Source: Eledone cirrhosa (lineage: Eukaryota). Taken from it: a stretch of 64,000 bases of DNA. The first letter of the stretch is position 1, and every line of letters starts with the position of its first letter. Shown piece after piece: positions 11,981-25,706 of the stretch. Where the stretch lies: positions 24,738,001-24,802,000 of the forward strand of contig OZ024750.1 in assembly GCA_964016885.1 (NCBI GenBank), given 5' to 3'. A program made the position numbers and the translations under genes. Under the pieces are notes generated by a model that had not been told where the DNA came from, made no database searches, and saw only the letters and a program-made list of their open reading frames with translations.

Positions 11981-12419
11981 CAGCTATTAATTTCACTTCT
12001 AGTTATATTGCTACTCCACCGAAGAATTTCTTTCTGTGTTCCTTGCCTATAAGGAATCTGACTGTAGCACCACTCCATTTCACCTCTTATACGCAGCAAC
12101 TCAACAATCTTCTCCCCAGGCTTACTTTAAATCATGCCAAAATAGATGATGATGGCAACACCCACGTTTTTGCACTTAACACAGACCAAAGTGTTCCTAA
12201 TGTTTAAATCGTTTTATTTCTTTTCTTTATTTTGCATCTATAAGAAAGTTAATGTAATCATTTAATGACTTTGAAAAGGTTGTCACACATTACAAGGAGT
12301 TCCTACTTAGCCAACCCATTACAGTTCTCAGTACTAACTTACTAAGTGTTACACGCAATTAGTGTTTCATTGAACAAGCATTCATGATTGTTATGTGCTT
12401 ATTTGAATTAAAGGCGAAC

Positions 12420-12952
12420 GAGGCACATGCCCCCTTGAGCAGATACAAACTATGCAGTGTGGAAATGCCTTAACAGACTAAGGTCTGGTGTTGGACGTGC
12501 AAAAGTCAATTTTGCAAAATGGGGATATTTAAAGGATGGGGACGTTGTGTGAGACTGCCGCATCGAACCACAGACTACGCAGCACCTCCTGATAGTATCC
12601 CTGCTGGAACACCCCCTGCACAGTATTGGACTTGGCTGAGTTTAATGAGAAGGGACAGCAATGTATTCAGCTGTGGCGGAACCACATCTAGCCAAGCTTT
12701 ATAGCTGACACTCTTGTGGACACGACAAGAAGAAGATCGGTAGACTTTGATAGGATATTTGCATGTAAATTAAAGCAACTTATTTATCTAAACCACTTTC
12801 GCTGCACCTCCTGATATGTCCCTACTGGAACACCCCTGTACAGTATTGGATTTGGGAGAGTTTAATGAGAAGGGACAGCAATGTATTCAGCTGTGGCAGA
12901 ACCACATCTAGCCAAGCTTTGTAACTGACTCTCTTGTGGACACGACAAGATG
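12420..12952 (+). pseudogene. Ingi/Vingi-like LINE 3' end with (AAG)n tail, partly duplicated
   Basis: WKCLNRLRSGVGRAKVNFAKWGY..*DC..EPQTTQHLL..HPC (degenerate zinc knuckle), stop at ~12691, tail ggacacgacaagaagaag; 12803-12952 repeats the last ~150 bp. Confidence 0.7.
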
Positions 12953-13269
12953 AAAAATTAAACAAGCGTTCATGATTTTTATGCATTGATTTAACATCTG
13001 TATGATCTTCCTATCGTAAACTACTTCTCAGTACTTAGATCGAGTACACTTTATGGTGCTACTTGCATTAGAGATTGTCTGACAAGACTGATATATTCTG
13101 TCTACATTGTATCAGATTTTAGACAGAGTTACTGCCCTTCCACATAGGTCAGTCAAACATCAAAGGTCTTATCGTCTTACCCACTACTACTACTACTACC
13201 ACTACAATGTCGACCATGGTGAATATGACTCACTACTTCTACTGATGTTAACGCTACTACTACTACTAT

Positions 13270-13314
<45 letters not shown>

Positions 13315-13942
13315 GATGATGGCTGTAGCGCTGGTTATAGAGACTATTGATAATGATGATGGCGGTTATAGCAGCTACTGATGAGGATGATGATGATGAT
13401 GATGATGATGGCGTTTATAGTGGCTACTGATGATGATGATGGCGATGATAATGGCTACTGACTGAAAACCAAGGTTTCTTAGTATGAAGAGAAGTAGGAA
13501 GCAACGAAAATGATTTGATCTTTCTACAGCTGACCTTTGTCCAAACTTGTATAAATGGTCAACCATTAGTAATGAACTGGGTAATTGCTGGCCTTGGGCC
13601 AAAAGTAGAAACAATTATTTAATGATGATAACTGGCAGATAGACAGTGGTGGTGGTGGTGGTGGTGGTCGTGGGTGATGGTGCTATCAGAGATGGTGTTG
13701 GGATAGTGGTATTAGATGTGATGATGGATGGGGATGCTATCAGAAGTGGTGGAGGTGGGGTAGTAGTGGTTGAAAATCATGAAAGTCAAGGAATATTAAG
13801 ATTGTCATATACATTTTTATCATACACTCCTGGGTTCCCATTTTTCTTATCCTTATTCTCAGGGGTGAACCTAATGAGAGTTTGTGTTTTTATATATCTG
13901 TGTTTATCTTGTTTAGTAAACTATGGCTATATCCCCGACTCT

Positions 13943-13980
<38 letters not shown>

Positions 13981-13984
<4 letters not shown>

Positions 13985-14184
13985 AACCAGTAAGACCCCG
14001 ACAGCTGAGCTCAAGCCGTTTCGACGGCTAATTCTGGACTAAATTTAGTCCAGAATTAGCCGTCGAAACGGCTTGAGCTCAGCTGTCGGGGTCTTACTGG
14101 TTCCTATTACCCACTCTACTACCTCAAGTATTGAGTACTTTGGTGCGTTATGGTCCACCTGGTTCCTTACCACATTTCCTTCGT

Positions 14185-14185
<1 letters not shown>
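13981..14185. mobile_element. Fold-back mini-copy of the Naiad pLTR tail in (TA)n
   Basis: Near-identical to 2545-2604 and 2701-2832; perfect palindrome centred on ggactaaa-tttagtcc (~14043). Confidence 0.9.
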
Positions 14186-14218
<33 letters not shown>

Positions 14219-14867
14219 AATTATTAAAAAAATAATGAATAAACAAAGAAACAATTGCTTATATTAAAAAAAATTCATCATTTTTTTAATATAAGCAATT
14301 GTTTCTTTGTTTATTCATTATTTTTTTAATAATTTATCTTGACTCTGTTTTCCGTTTATTTTTCACCGAAAGTAGTTTTTGAATGCATCTTCTCTTTTCA
14401 TGATATCCGGATTACATTGAGTTCTTCATACGGATTGGACACGACCGTAAACTTTTGGTAGATTTATCTATATATATTGTTATACTTGGGGAGGGTCATA
14501 TTTGCGTAATATTGCCAGAATTAATAACAGAACACACTCACTGTTTGGTTGGTTTTCGCTTCTCGCTGTCTTTTATTATATCTGCGATCTAACTTACTCG
14601 GTCCTCAATGTTGCCATTGACTGACCGGCGGTCAAAAATAATACAGATACAATATAGACACAAACACATATATATATATATATATAGTTTACATAATTTA
14701 CATAAATCTTTCGTTGCACATCTGCAACATCGTCAGTGGTGTTATATTCATTGTTCCTCCTGTTGTGTTGTATGCCTACGCCATTTTTTCTTCCCCAAGT
14801 ATAACAATATCTGTTTCGACACACGATTTCATATAAAAAACCTCGCAAAACTAATTCATCGCCGCTA

Positions 14868-14907
<40 letters not shown>

Positions 14908-15246
14908 GGGGGGGGGAGATGTACACATGTGCAAATCTGGCACAAAACTTCAGTAAGTAAATACTCTGAGTAAATTGTTAACAAAAGACCTTATCACTAC
15001 AGGCAACATGTTTATTTAAACAATTAGGCGAATTATTTATATCTCAATATCCGATTCTCACCCACACACTCTCACAAGATAACACAATAACAAACATTGG
15101 AAACAAAGACGTTTAATTTTTGCAATGCAGTCACACAACCACTCCCGTTGTATTCTTTGTTGTTTGAAATCTAATTATTTTCATATATTTATTCCACTGA
15201 AACTATTTTTGTTCAGGAGTCACCAGGTTCCTGTAAAGTTGTTACT

Positions 15247-16846
15247 AAACCCAGGTCAGATATAAAATATAGACCCCCACCAAAGCTGGTAATAGACTCA
15301 GGTCAGAAATAAAATGTAGACACCCCCACCAAAGCTGGTAATAAAAACCCAGTCCAGATGTAAAATGTAGACACCCCCACCAAAGCTGGTAATAAAAACC
15401 CAGTCCAGATGTAAAATGTAGACACCCCCACCAAAGCTGGTAATAAAAACCCAGTCCAGATGTAAAATGTAGACTCCCCCACCAAATTTGGTAATAAACC
15501 CAGTCCAGATGTAAAATGTAGACTCCCCCACCAAATTTGGTAATAAACCCAGTCCAGATGTAAAATGTAGACACCCCCACCAAAGCTGGTAATAAAAACC
15601 CAGTCCAGATGTAAAATGTAGACTCCCCCACCAAATTTGGTAATAAACCCAGTCCAGATGTAAAATGTAGACACCCCCACCAAATTTGGTAATAAACCCA
15701 GTCCAGATGTAAAATGTAGACACCCCCACCAAATTTGGTAATAAACCCAGTCCAGATGTAAAATGTAGACTCCCCCACCAAATTTGGTAATAAACCCAGT
15801 CCAGATGTAAAATGTAGACTCCCCCACCAAATTTGGTAATAAACCCAGTCCAGATGTAAAATGTAGACTCCCCCACCAAATTTGGTAATAAACCCAGTCC
15901 AGATGTAAAATGTAGACTCCCCCACCAAATCTGGTAATAAACCCAGTCCAGATGTAAAATGTAGACTCCCCCACCAAATTTGGTAATAAACCCAGTCCAG
16001 ATGTAAAATGTAGACACCCCCACCAAAGCTGGTAATAAACCCAGTCCAGATGTAAAATGTAGACACCCCCACCAAATTTGGTAATAAACCCAGTCCAGAT
16101 GTAAAATGTAGACACCCCCACCAAATCTGGTAATAAACCCAGTCCAGATGTAAAATGTAGACTCCCCCACCAAATTTGGTCATAAACCCAGTCCAGATGT
16201 AAAATGTAGACTCCCCCACCAAATTTGGTAATAAACCCAGTCCAGATGTAAAATGTAGACTCCCCCACCAAATTTGGTAATAAACCCAGTCCAGATGTAA
16301 AATGTAGACTCCCCCACCAAATTTGGTAATAAACCCAGTCCAGATGTAAAATGTAGACACCCCCACCAAATCTGGTAATAAACCCAGTCCAGATGTAAAA
16401 TGTAGACTCCCCCACCAAATCTGGTAATAAACCCAGTCCAGATGTAAAATGTAGACACCCCCACCAAATCTGGTAATAAACCCAGTCCAGATGTAAAATG
16501 TAGACACCCCCACCAAATCTGGTAATAAACCCAGTCCAGATGTAAAATGTAGACTCCCCCACCAAATCTGGTAATAAACCCAGTCCAGATGTAAAATGTA
16601 GACACCCCCACCAAATCTGGTAATAAACCCAGTCCAGATGTAAAATGTAGACTCCCCCACCAAATCTGGTAATAAACCCAGTCCAGATGTAAAATGTAGA
16701 CACCCCCACCAAATTTGGTAATAAACCCAGTCCAGATGTAAAATGTAGACACCCCCACCAAATTTGGTAATAAACCCAGTCCAGATGTAAAATGTAGACA
16801 CCCCCACCAAATCTGGTAATAAACCCAGTCCAGATGTAAAATGTAG
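15247..16846. repeat. 49-bp minisatellite, ~32 copies
   Basis: Unit aaacccagtccagatgtaaaatgtagacacccccaccaaatttggtaat; some units are 51 bp. Confidence 0.97.
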
Positions 16847-16974
16847 GTGTTATTTGAAGCTGTTCATAAAAGATTTTATTAATAACTGACATTGGCATAT
16901 TACAAACCTAACTGTATGTTATAATGTGGCAACGGCAAATGGATGCTACAAGAATCAGTCAGTCTAACTCCCAC

Positions 16975-17225
16975 TGTCATCGCCTCCATCTCTCTGGCTC
17001 TCCCCATCTCTCCGTATGGTGAGCGAATGGGGTCCCATGTGTTGGCCTCCCCACAGACCTGGCGGACAGAATGGAGAAGGCGTTTCCCCAGATGGTCGTG
17101 AGAGAGATGCGCTGGAAGAGCCATTCCAAATTGCGGCTGGCCAGCTCAGCGCCTATGGTGGTGAGTAGGGAGGTAGCCCTAGGGCCAAGGATACCAGATG
17201 TCTCCACTGCCAAGGGTACAACCGC
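16975..17225 (-). pseudogene. CRE-like RLE LINE 3' fragment
   Basis: VPLAVETSGILGPRATSLLTTIGAEL..WLFQRISLTTIWGNAFSILS. Confidence 0.78.
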
Positions 17226-18386
17226 AAACCTGAGCGACCGACATTTATGTATGGAATACGGTTATATACGATGTACATACAAGTAACAGAAGAGAATAAA
17301 AGACACTAAAATATTTAGGTGATTGGGTTTCCTCAAAATGGTCGACCCAGGTCAATTGGCCCCCACTGGCTTTCATTGGATGTTGGTTTACCATTCTGGT
17401 TATTTGACTTTTCTTCATAAAACAGAGTTGAAAAACTCTTAAGGGATAAGTTTTGATGTAAAATGTCTCTAAAATTAAATGTTTTAATGATAAACAATCG
17501 ATACGCATTAAACATTAAATCATTTTAGTATTCAATAACTAGTGAACCATTTCCCCTAATATTCTACTTTTTGGCACAAAGCCAGCAATTTGATGACTTC
17601 TACTATAGGCACAAGGCCAGCATTTTGAAGGGGGGGGGGTCGATTAAATCGACTGAGATCGTAAATTTGAACTGAGATCGTAAAGGGCCGAAACTCTATG
17701 CTGCAAAACATGGCGTCCGACCCTCTATCGATGCTGAACAATATATAACGTGCGCCCTTAACGTAATTCTCAGGGAGATCCAGCGTGACAAAGAATGTCT
17801 AACTATATAACAATAATTGTTTCTACTTTGGGCACAAGGCCAGCAAATACCCAGCAGTACATTACTGGTACTTTATTTTATCAACCCCGTAAGGATGAAA
17901 GGCAAAGTTAACCTCAGCAGATTTGAACTCAGAACACTAAGGGTCATAACTCTATGCTGCAAAGCATATACTAACAATTGTTTGGACATATTTTCTATAA
18001 CATGTAATATACTCTATCAGAGAAGAATACGAACTTGTAACGATGCATTAGATTTTGCGCAATACATATCATCATCATCATCGTATAACATCTATCTTCC
18101 ACGCTAGCATCGGTTAAACAATATACTTAGATACAATTCATATATATGGCAATGAAATTCGCATTACTTATATATACAATCCATATATATATGCCAAAAC
18201 CAGAAGCCATGAAGACAGAATTTCATATTAATCATTATAGAAGAAGAAATGTAAAATGAAATTCAAATAATTTAATGTATCATACATAAACTTATTATTA
18301 TTTAATTGCATAAACTTAGCATATATTTTAATGTGAACAAAAACATGTTATATATACACTTGTGAGTGAGTGTGAGTGTATATATA

Positions 18387-18493
<107 letters not shown>

Positions 18494-18557
18494 GTATATA
18501 TAGAGATACTGTGTGTGTGGCAAGTTTGATAGCTGAAATGGTGAACCGGTGATGTAA

Positions 18558-18588
<31 letters not shown>

Positions 18589-18613
18589 GTATATGTATGT
18601 ATGTATATGTATA

Positions 18614-18659
<46 letters not shown>

Positions 18660-18784
18660 CATACATACACGTGTACATAATTTCTTGTAAATTAAAATCT
18701 TTACATATACTCACAATATTCTATGTAACCACCTATATATAACTTGCACACCTCTCTCTCTCTCTCTGTCTCTCTCTCGCTCTA

Positions 18785-18877
<93 letters not shown>

Positions 18878-19379
18878 CCATTTATATCTTCATATATTTT
18901 CATATAAATACATAAAAAGAAAATGTTGCCCTAATATATGTAACTGCTTAGAACCACATAACATAATTGAATTTCTTTTTGATAAAAATAATTATATGTC
19001 TCGTAAACCAATTACTTCAATCTTCAATGAAACATTTCCAAAGATGTCTGAATCTATACTAACCAGTTCCACGGACTTAGTCATATATATATATATATAT
19101 ATGTACACACACACACATATTCGCATACACACATGATATGAGAAGAATACCTGGCGTTGCCTAGGTTGTAAATTAACTATAATCCTAAGTTGATAAATAT
19201 AATCCTAATGAAGATAAATTCTATTTAACAAAACACCATAGGGCTTCTCATAAAAATGATTCCTTGTGTAAGAAATAAAACAGTTTTTCTACAACACTTA
19301 CATCAGTCTTGTGTCTGGTGCAGAATATTTCATAACTATGCAAATGCCATGTATCTAATTCAGGCATATTATACGAAGA

Positions 19380-19835
19380 ACTTGGCAGTTTCAGTAGAGA
19401 GTTGGACACCATGCTTTGAAGAATAGAGTTACGCCCCTTTATGGTCTGAGTTCAAATCCAATCGAGGTTAACTTTGCCTTTCATCCTTACGGGGTCGATA
19501 AAATAAAGTACCAGTAATAGACTGGAATAATTGCAGCCTTCTGCCAAAAGTAGAAACAATTATATGAAGAAATAGAATCAAGTAAAAGTGAAAGAGTTTT
19601 AGATCATTTCAAATCTTTATTGAATACTAGACTAGAGTACATAAGGCGGTGGATTGGCAGTATCGGTAGAGGATCGGATGCCATGCTTTGAAGCATAGAG
19701 TTACCTCCCTGTATGATCTGAGTTCAAATCCCGCCGAGGTTAACTTTGCCATTCATCCTTCCGGGGTCGATAGAATAAAGTACCAGTAATGTACTGGGTA
19801 ATTGCTGGCCTTGTGCCAAAAGTAGAAACAATTAT
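19380..19835 (+). mobile_element. Two SINE family A copies; the second has TSD attgaatactagac
   Basis: Family A sequence. Further copies at ~17560-17967, 27366-27553, 28920-29297, 33425-33617, 43366-43930, 60339-60600, 62205-62309 and 63635-63735. Confidence 0.85.
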
Positions 19836-20554
19836 TGAATACTAGACCACATTCACTTAAAAATAATTTTTAAATAATTAAAATATACACAGACATGTAT
19901 ATAATGTGAAATGAAACTAGAAGGCCCATATATATATATATATATATATACGTGTGTATGTATATATATAAATGTGTGTGTGTGTATACATATATATATA
20001 TATATGTATGTGTGTATATATATATATATAAGTGGGTGTTTGTGATCTATATACACTGGTCATAGACACTCACACACATATATATATATATACACAACAC
20101 CAGCTCTCTCTTCCATTCTCCTTCTCTGTCTCCTCTCCCCCTCTCTATGTCTCTCTTCTTTCAATCTACTCTCTCACAACCACTATCTCTTTTTCTCTAT
20201 CTTTCTCTCTTTCTCTCTCTCTGTGTTTATGAAGGTACCCAGAAAACCCCCATATCTCAGGAACCAGTGCTTCGATTTATGAGAAACTTGTTTTATTCCA
20301 TTTGTATTCCCATTTCAGGGGCAACTTCCTTTCAAAGTATTTTCCCATTATGCACCCTTTTAGCTGTATTACATTACAAGCAAGCAATCACAGAGTTTTA
20401 GTAATATATAGATAATATTTAATCTTTTAATTTTGAAATTCTTTCATTCTTAAAATAACTTTTAGAAATGAGTGGAAACATGTACCCTTAACGTAGTTCT
20501 CAGGGAGATTTTCAGAGAGATGGAACAAATACCACAATGCATTTTATCTTAGGC

Positions 20555-22350
20555 TCCAATGGCTCTACCAATGTCTCTACCAATGGCTCTACCAGTGGAC
20601 CTACCACTGCTCTACCAATGCCCTACCAATGGACCTACCAATGCTCTACCAATGCCCTACCAATGCCCTACCAATGCCCTACCAATGGACCTACCAATGG
20701 ACCTACCAATGCCCTACCAATGCCCTACCAATGGACCTACCAATGGACCTACCAATGCCCTACCAATGCCCTACAAATGCCCTACCAATGCCCTACCAAT
20801 GCCCTACAAATGCCCTACCAATGCCCTACCAATGCCCTACAAATGCCCTACCAATGCCCTACAAATGCCCTACCAATGCCCTACAAATGCCCTACCAATG
20901 CCCTACAAATGCCCTACCAATGCCCTACCAATGCCCTACAAATGCCCTACCAATGCCCTACAAATGCCCTACCAATGCCCTACCAATGCCCTACAAATGC
21001 CCTACCAATGCCCTACCAATGCCCTACAAATGCCCTACCAATGCCCTACCAATGCCCTACAAATGCCCTACCAATGCCCTACCAATGCCCTACCAATGGA
21101 CCTACCAATGCCCTACCAATGGACCTACCAATGCCCTACCAATGCCCTACCAATGGACCTACCAATGCCCTACCAATGCCCTACCAATGGACCTACCAAT
21201 GGACCTACCAATGCCCTACCAATGCCCTACCAATGCCCTACCAATGCCCTACAAATGCCCTACCAATGCCCTACCAATGCCCTACCAATGCCCTACCAAT
21301 GGACCTACCAATGGACCTACCAATGCCCTACCAATGCCCTACCAATGCCCTACTAATGCCCTACCAATGGACCTACCAATGCCCTACCAATGCCCTACCA
21401 ATGGACCTACCAATGCCCTACCAATGCCCTACTAATGCCCTACCAATGGACCTACCAATGCCCTACCAATGCCCTACCAATGCCCTACTAATGCCCTACC
21501 AATGGACCTACCAATGCCCTACCAATGCCCTACCAATGCCCTACCAATGGACCTACCAATGCCCTACCAATGCCCTACCAATGCCCTACCAATGGACCTA
21601 CCAATGCCCTACCAATGCCCTACCAATGGACCTACCAATGCCCTACCAATGCCCTACCAATGCCCTACCAATGGACCTACCAATGGACCTACCAATGCCC
21701 TACCAATGCCCTACCAATGCCCTACCAATGGACCTACCAATGCCCTACCAATGCCCTACCAATGCCCTACTAATGCCCTACCAATGGACCTACCAATGGA
21801 CCTACCAATGCCCTACCAATGCCCTACTAATGCCCTACCAATGGACCTACCAATGGACCTACCAATGCCCTACCAATGGACCTACCAATGCCCTACCAAT
21901 GCCCTACCAATGCCCTACCAATGGACCTACCAATGCCCTACCAATGCCCTACCAATGGACCTACCAATGCCCTACCAATGCCCTACCAATGCCCTACCAA
22001 TGGACCTACCAATGCCCTACCAATGCCCTACCAATGGACCTACCAATGCCCTACCAATGCCCTACCAATGCCCTACCAATGGACCTACCAATGCCCTACC
22101 AATGCCCTACCAATGGACCTACCAATGCCCTACCAATGGACCTACCAATGCCCTACCAATGCCCTACCAATGGACCTACCAATGCCCTACCAATGCCCTA
22201 CCAATGGACCTACCAATGCCCTACCAATGCCCTACCAATGCCCTACCAATGCCCTAACAATGGACCTACCAATGCCCTACCAATGCCCTACCAATGCCCT
22301 ACCAATGCCCTACCAATGGCCTACCAATGCCCTACCAATGGACCTACCAA
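20555..22350. repeat. 11/12-bp minisatellite (ccctaccaatg / gacctaccaatg)
   Basis: About 1.8 kb array; explains the PMPYQCPTNAL ORFs in all frames. Confidence 0.97.
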
Positions 22351-23519
22351 TTCGCCATCTAGATTTATTTCGAGATCTTTTTTTTCCGTTCCAACAAAAA
22401 CTCTGGTGCTCCGTCGGTTGCATCATTGACTGTTCCAGTTAATTCAACCAACAGAACAGCCTGCTCATGAAATTAACATGCGTATGGCTGACTATTCCTC
22501 ATAGATACGCACCCTTAACGTAGTTCTCAGGAAGATTCAGCATGACGCAGGACGTGACAAGGTTGACCCTTCGAATTACAGGTGCAACTCATTTTGGCCA
22601 GCTAAGACAACTGGAGCAACAGGAAATAAAGTATCTTGCTCAAGGACACAGTGCACCGCCGGGTATCAAATTCACAGCCTTACGATCATGAGCCGAATTC
22701 CCTAACCACAAAGCTACGCGCTATCACCACAGGAGTATAATGGTTCTAGAAAGGTGTGGAAAGGAGAGTGCATGGATAAAAGCCACATACAGACAGGTAG
22801 ATAACATAGAGAAAAACTATAGGCAGGTAAGTTGGTAGATAGATATAAAAAAAGGCAATTGCCAAAACAGTTTGGCACAAGCGCCATCACAGGCAAACTC
22901 AAAATGCAAAGAGTTGAAAGATATACCAGAATACATCCTGTTTAATTCTCTAATGATTCCACCAATCCACCGCCCTTAACTTGTACTTTATTTATCGACC
23001 CCAAAGAATGAAAAGTAAAGTTGGTATTGACAGGAATTGAACTCAGGGCTCAGATAATCTGGTACTCTGTCCAATTCTCTATCAACTCTGCCTCATATAT
23101 ATGATTTGCATTTCAAATCAGTATATATATATATGATGCTAGCATGGAAGATGGACGTTAAACGAAGATGATGATGATAATGATATCATCATCGTTTAAC
23201 GTCTATCTTCCACGTTAGCATGGGCTAGACGGGAGTTGTCCCACTTGAGGCAAGATTGGTCAGGTGACCGTGTCTCACTCGTATAGGACTATCTGGCAGG
23301 TTTCCTACGGCTGGATGCCCTTCCTAAGACCAACCACATTTACCGTGTTACCTACACGACCACATTTCAGCGAGGATTGTGTTTTTTTGTTGTGACACCT
23401 ACACGACCTTATTTGTTTGGACTGGATATTGTGGTACCAACATAACTGTATATATGTATATATATATATATAATAATTAGGGGCCAAAGAATCAGTGTTG
23501 CATCAAATACATATTTAAT

Positions 23520-23586
23520 CACGTTACATATGTTTCACTGCCGATCAGAATTGAGAAATGATCAATGAAAAAGCTCCTCAGATGTG
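23520..23586 (-). ncRNA. Type I hammerhead ribozyme motif
   Basis: Minus strand: cacat CTGAGGA gct..ttgatca..tgatcgg..agt GAAAC ATAT GTA acgtg; palindromic stem III ACATATGT. Confidence 0.7.
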
Positions 23587-24049
23587 TGCCTTCACATGTA
23601 GACTCACATCCAAAATTGTTCCCTAATTATTATTATTGATACTCTGCTCCCCAATAGAATCGATTGCTCATCTTGGCATACCGCCTGTGAACGCAATCCA
23701 ATTGCACCCTTACTCCTATATATACATATGTATATATATATAAGGTACACATATAAATCATGCATGCATCTCTGATATATATTGTAACCCTTTCAATCTC
23801 AAGTTTATTGTGTTTGCATTGTATTAACACCTATAACAGATTTTGTCAGCATGATATTACAACAGATCTTTGAGATGATTTTTTAAAATAATGTTCCTGC
23901 ACAAATCACATATCCCTGATTATGTTTGAAATAGTTCTGCTCTATTGCTAGTGTTGATAAGTCATGCATGAGACTTCTGTACATAATGTATTTCAAAGAT
24001 TCATTCAGGAATTTGTTCCAATCAGAGTTGACATAATTGGCTGCTGATC

Positions 24050-24215
24050 TAAAGTCATTTACACACAGATGCTTCCTTTGTATGTCTTTGAATTCTTTGG
24101 TTTCTCTCCTTTCAGCATTTTACCATATCAAGATTCTCCATGCAAGGAAATCTCAATTGTGCAGCAACATGCAATAGTCCTTTAGATCTGCCTATATTCT
24201 ATCCATAAATACCAT
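24050..24215 (-). pseudogene. Possible decayed GIY-YIG remnant upstream of the 23.5 kb HHR
   Basis: Minus strand reads NGIYG*NIGRSK, followed by RILD and RETKEF in shifted frames; very degenerate. Confidence 0.3.
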
Positions 24216-24509
24216 TTTCTAATCATGCTTAGAACTTTTTCACAGTGTAATCCTATCTGTTATCTATCTTGTCTAAATGAACACATAACTGTTTGAGGAG
24301 ATCTGACAGCAGATATTTGGATCATGTTTGTATGTCCAACTTGATAACATCATCTGTCATTTAAAAGTTAACTCACTTCTGTAATTTGAACATTTAATAA
24401 TCTTGTTTTTATTTTATTTTAACAGCTTAGTTCAAATGTCCTATATGTTGACTGTATTTTCTGTGGTGTATGTACATGTGTATACACAGTGTGTGTGCGT
24501 GTGTGTCAG

Positions 24510-24677
24510 AATGGATGCAGTAAAAACCAGTTAGACCATTACTCCCCAGAGTACTCGATACTTAGAGTAGTAGAGTGGGTAATATGAAGGATTCAGGATC
24601 CAGACATCTAGATCTGTTCGGATCTAGCTGTTGAAATGGCAGGACTTCAGCCATCAGGGTCCCAAATCCTTCATAAT
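24510..24677. mobile_element. Diverged relative of the Naiad pLTR tail, fold-back, with HHR 3' half
   Basis: agtactcgatacttagagtagtagagtgggtaat matches the tail family; GAAA TGGC..GCCA TC agggtcc at 24633-24662. Confidence 0.75.
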
Positions 24678-24758
24678 ATATATATATATATATATGTGTA
24701 TATATATATATATATGTGTATATATATATGTGTATATATATATATGTGTATATATATA

Positions 24759-24819
<61 letters not shown>

Positions 24820-24842
24820 AAATAACAGGAGGCTGGTTTATT

Positions 24843-24900
24843 ATACTATGATCATTTCAATGACTGGGTTCCATATGAATCCGGTGATATCATCAGGTAT
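24843..24900 (-). ncRNA. Type I hammerhead ribozyme motif
   Basis: Minus strand: atac CTGATGA ..accggattc-atatg-gaacccagt.. GAAA TGATCA TA gtat; palindromic stem III ATGATCAT. Confidence 0.72.
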
Positions 24901-25276
24901 TGGAATATAACAAAGGAATATGTAAAAAAACCATCGGTCCGAAAAATCAGAGACAGAGAGAACGACTGACCAACTAGCTTCTCGGCCAATCGCCCTCAAA
25001 GTGTTGGCAACTGAAGCTACTAATGAATATCTGGTGAGGGGGCGAAGGCTTATAATGCACTACCACCACTCCGTCAAAGAAGAAGGGGAAAAAAGAAAGA
25101 AAGGGAGAAAGAAGTGTAGTGTAAGGGTCATACTACATTCATGCTAGAAAATGCCGCGAAAAAATGCTACCCCAAGGAGTCGATCGACTTTCGTCAAATC
25201 AGACCGAGGGAACAATGTTTCCGTTGGTCTTTCCAATTGCTAATACTCTCTATCGGTCGCAACTCCAGGTAGAAGG

Positions 25277-25396
25277 AGCAACGTGAAATAAAGTGTCTTG
25301 CCCAAGGACATAACGCATCGCCTGGTCCAGGAATCGAACTCACAACCTTATGATTGCGAATCCAATTCTCTAACCACTCAGCCACACGCCTTCACT
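25277..25396 (-). mobile_element. tRNA-derived SINE head (family B/C type)
   Basis: gtgaaggcgtgtggctgagtggttag..gagttcgattcc..gtccttgggcaagacac on the minus strand. Confidence 0.85.
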
Positions 25397-25706
25397 ATGC
25401 TACCCCAAAGAATCTATAATGGGTGTCTGTATGGTCTAATGTGTGAACCGAAGATTGGAACGTTAAACTTATGTTGCGAGTTATAGGATGAAATTAAATT
25501 AAATTAAAAATATTAAATTGCAAAATGATAAATTGAAAAATAAGTTATTAGAGAATTAAAAATTAAGGTAGCGAGATTTATTTATTTAATGAACTTACGG
25601 AGAGAGTCATATATGAAAAAATTTATCTCGATAAGATATTAGGATGGGATATAGAGTAAAGATTTTGATTGGGATCCCAGCCAGCACACCCCCCACCATG
25701 AGTCAG

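Noticed and set aside
14790-14865. Degenerate HHR on the minus strand (GCGATGA ... GAAACAG..TTGTT)
   Set aside because: Core is mismatched and there is no clear stem I or II.
18970-19055. Second U3-A8 hammerhead (TTGATAA ... GAAAC AT..AT GTC)
   Set aside because: Stem III is plausible, but stems I and II do not pair convincingly in very AT-rich DNA.
25300-25395. Genuine tRNA genes at SINE heads
   Set aside because: A/B boxes are present but fused to SINE bodies, with no complete cloverleaf.
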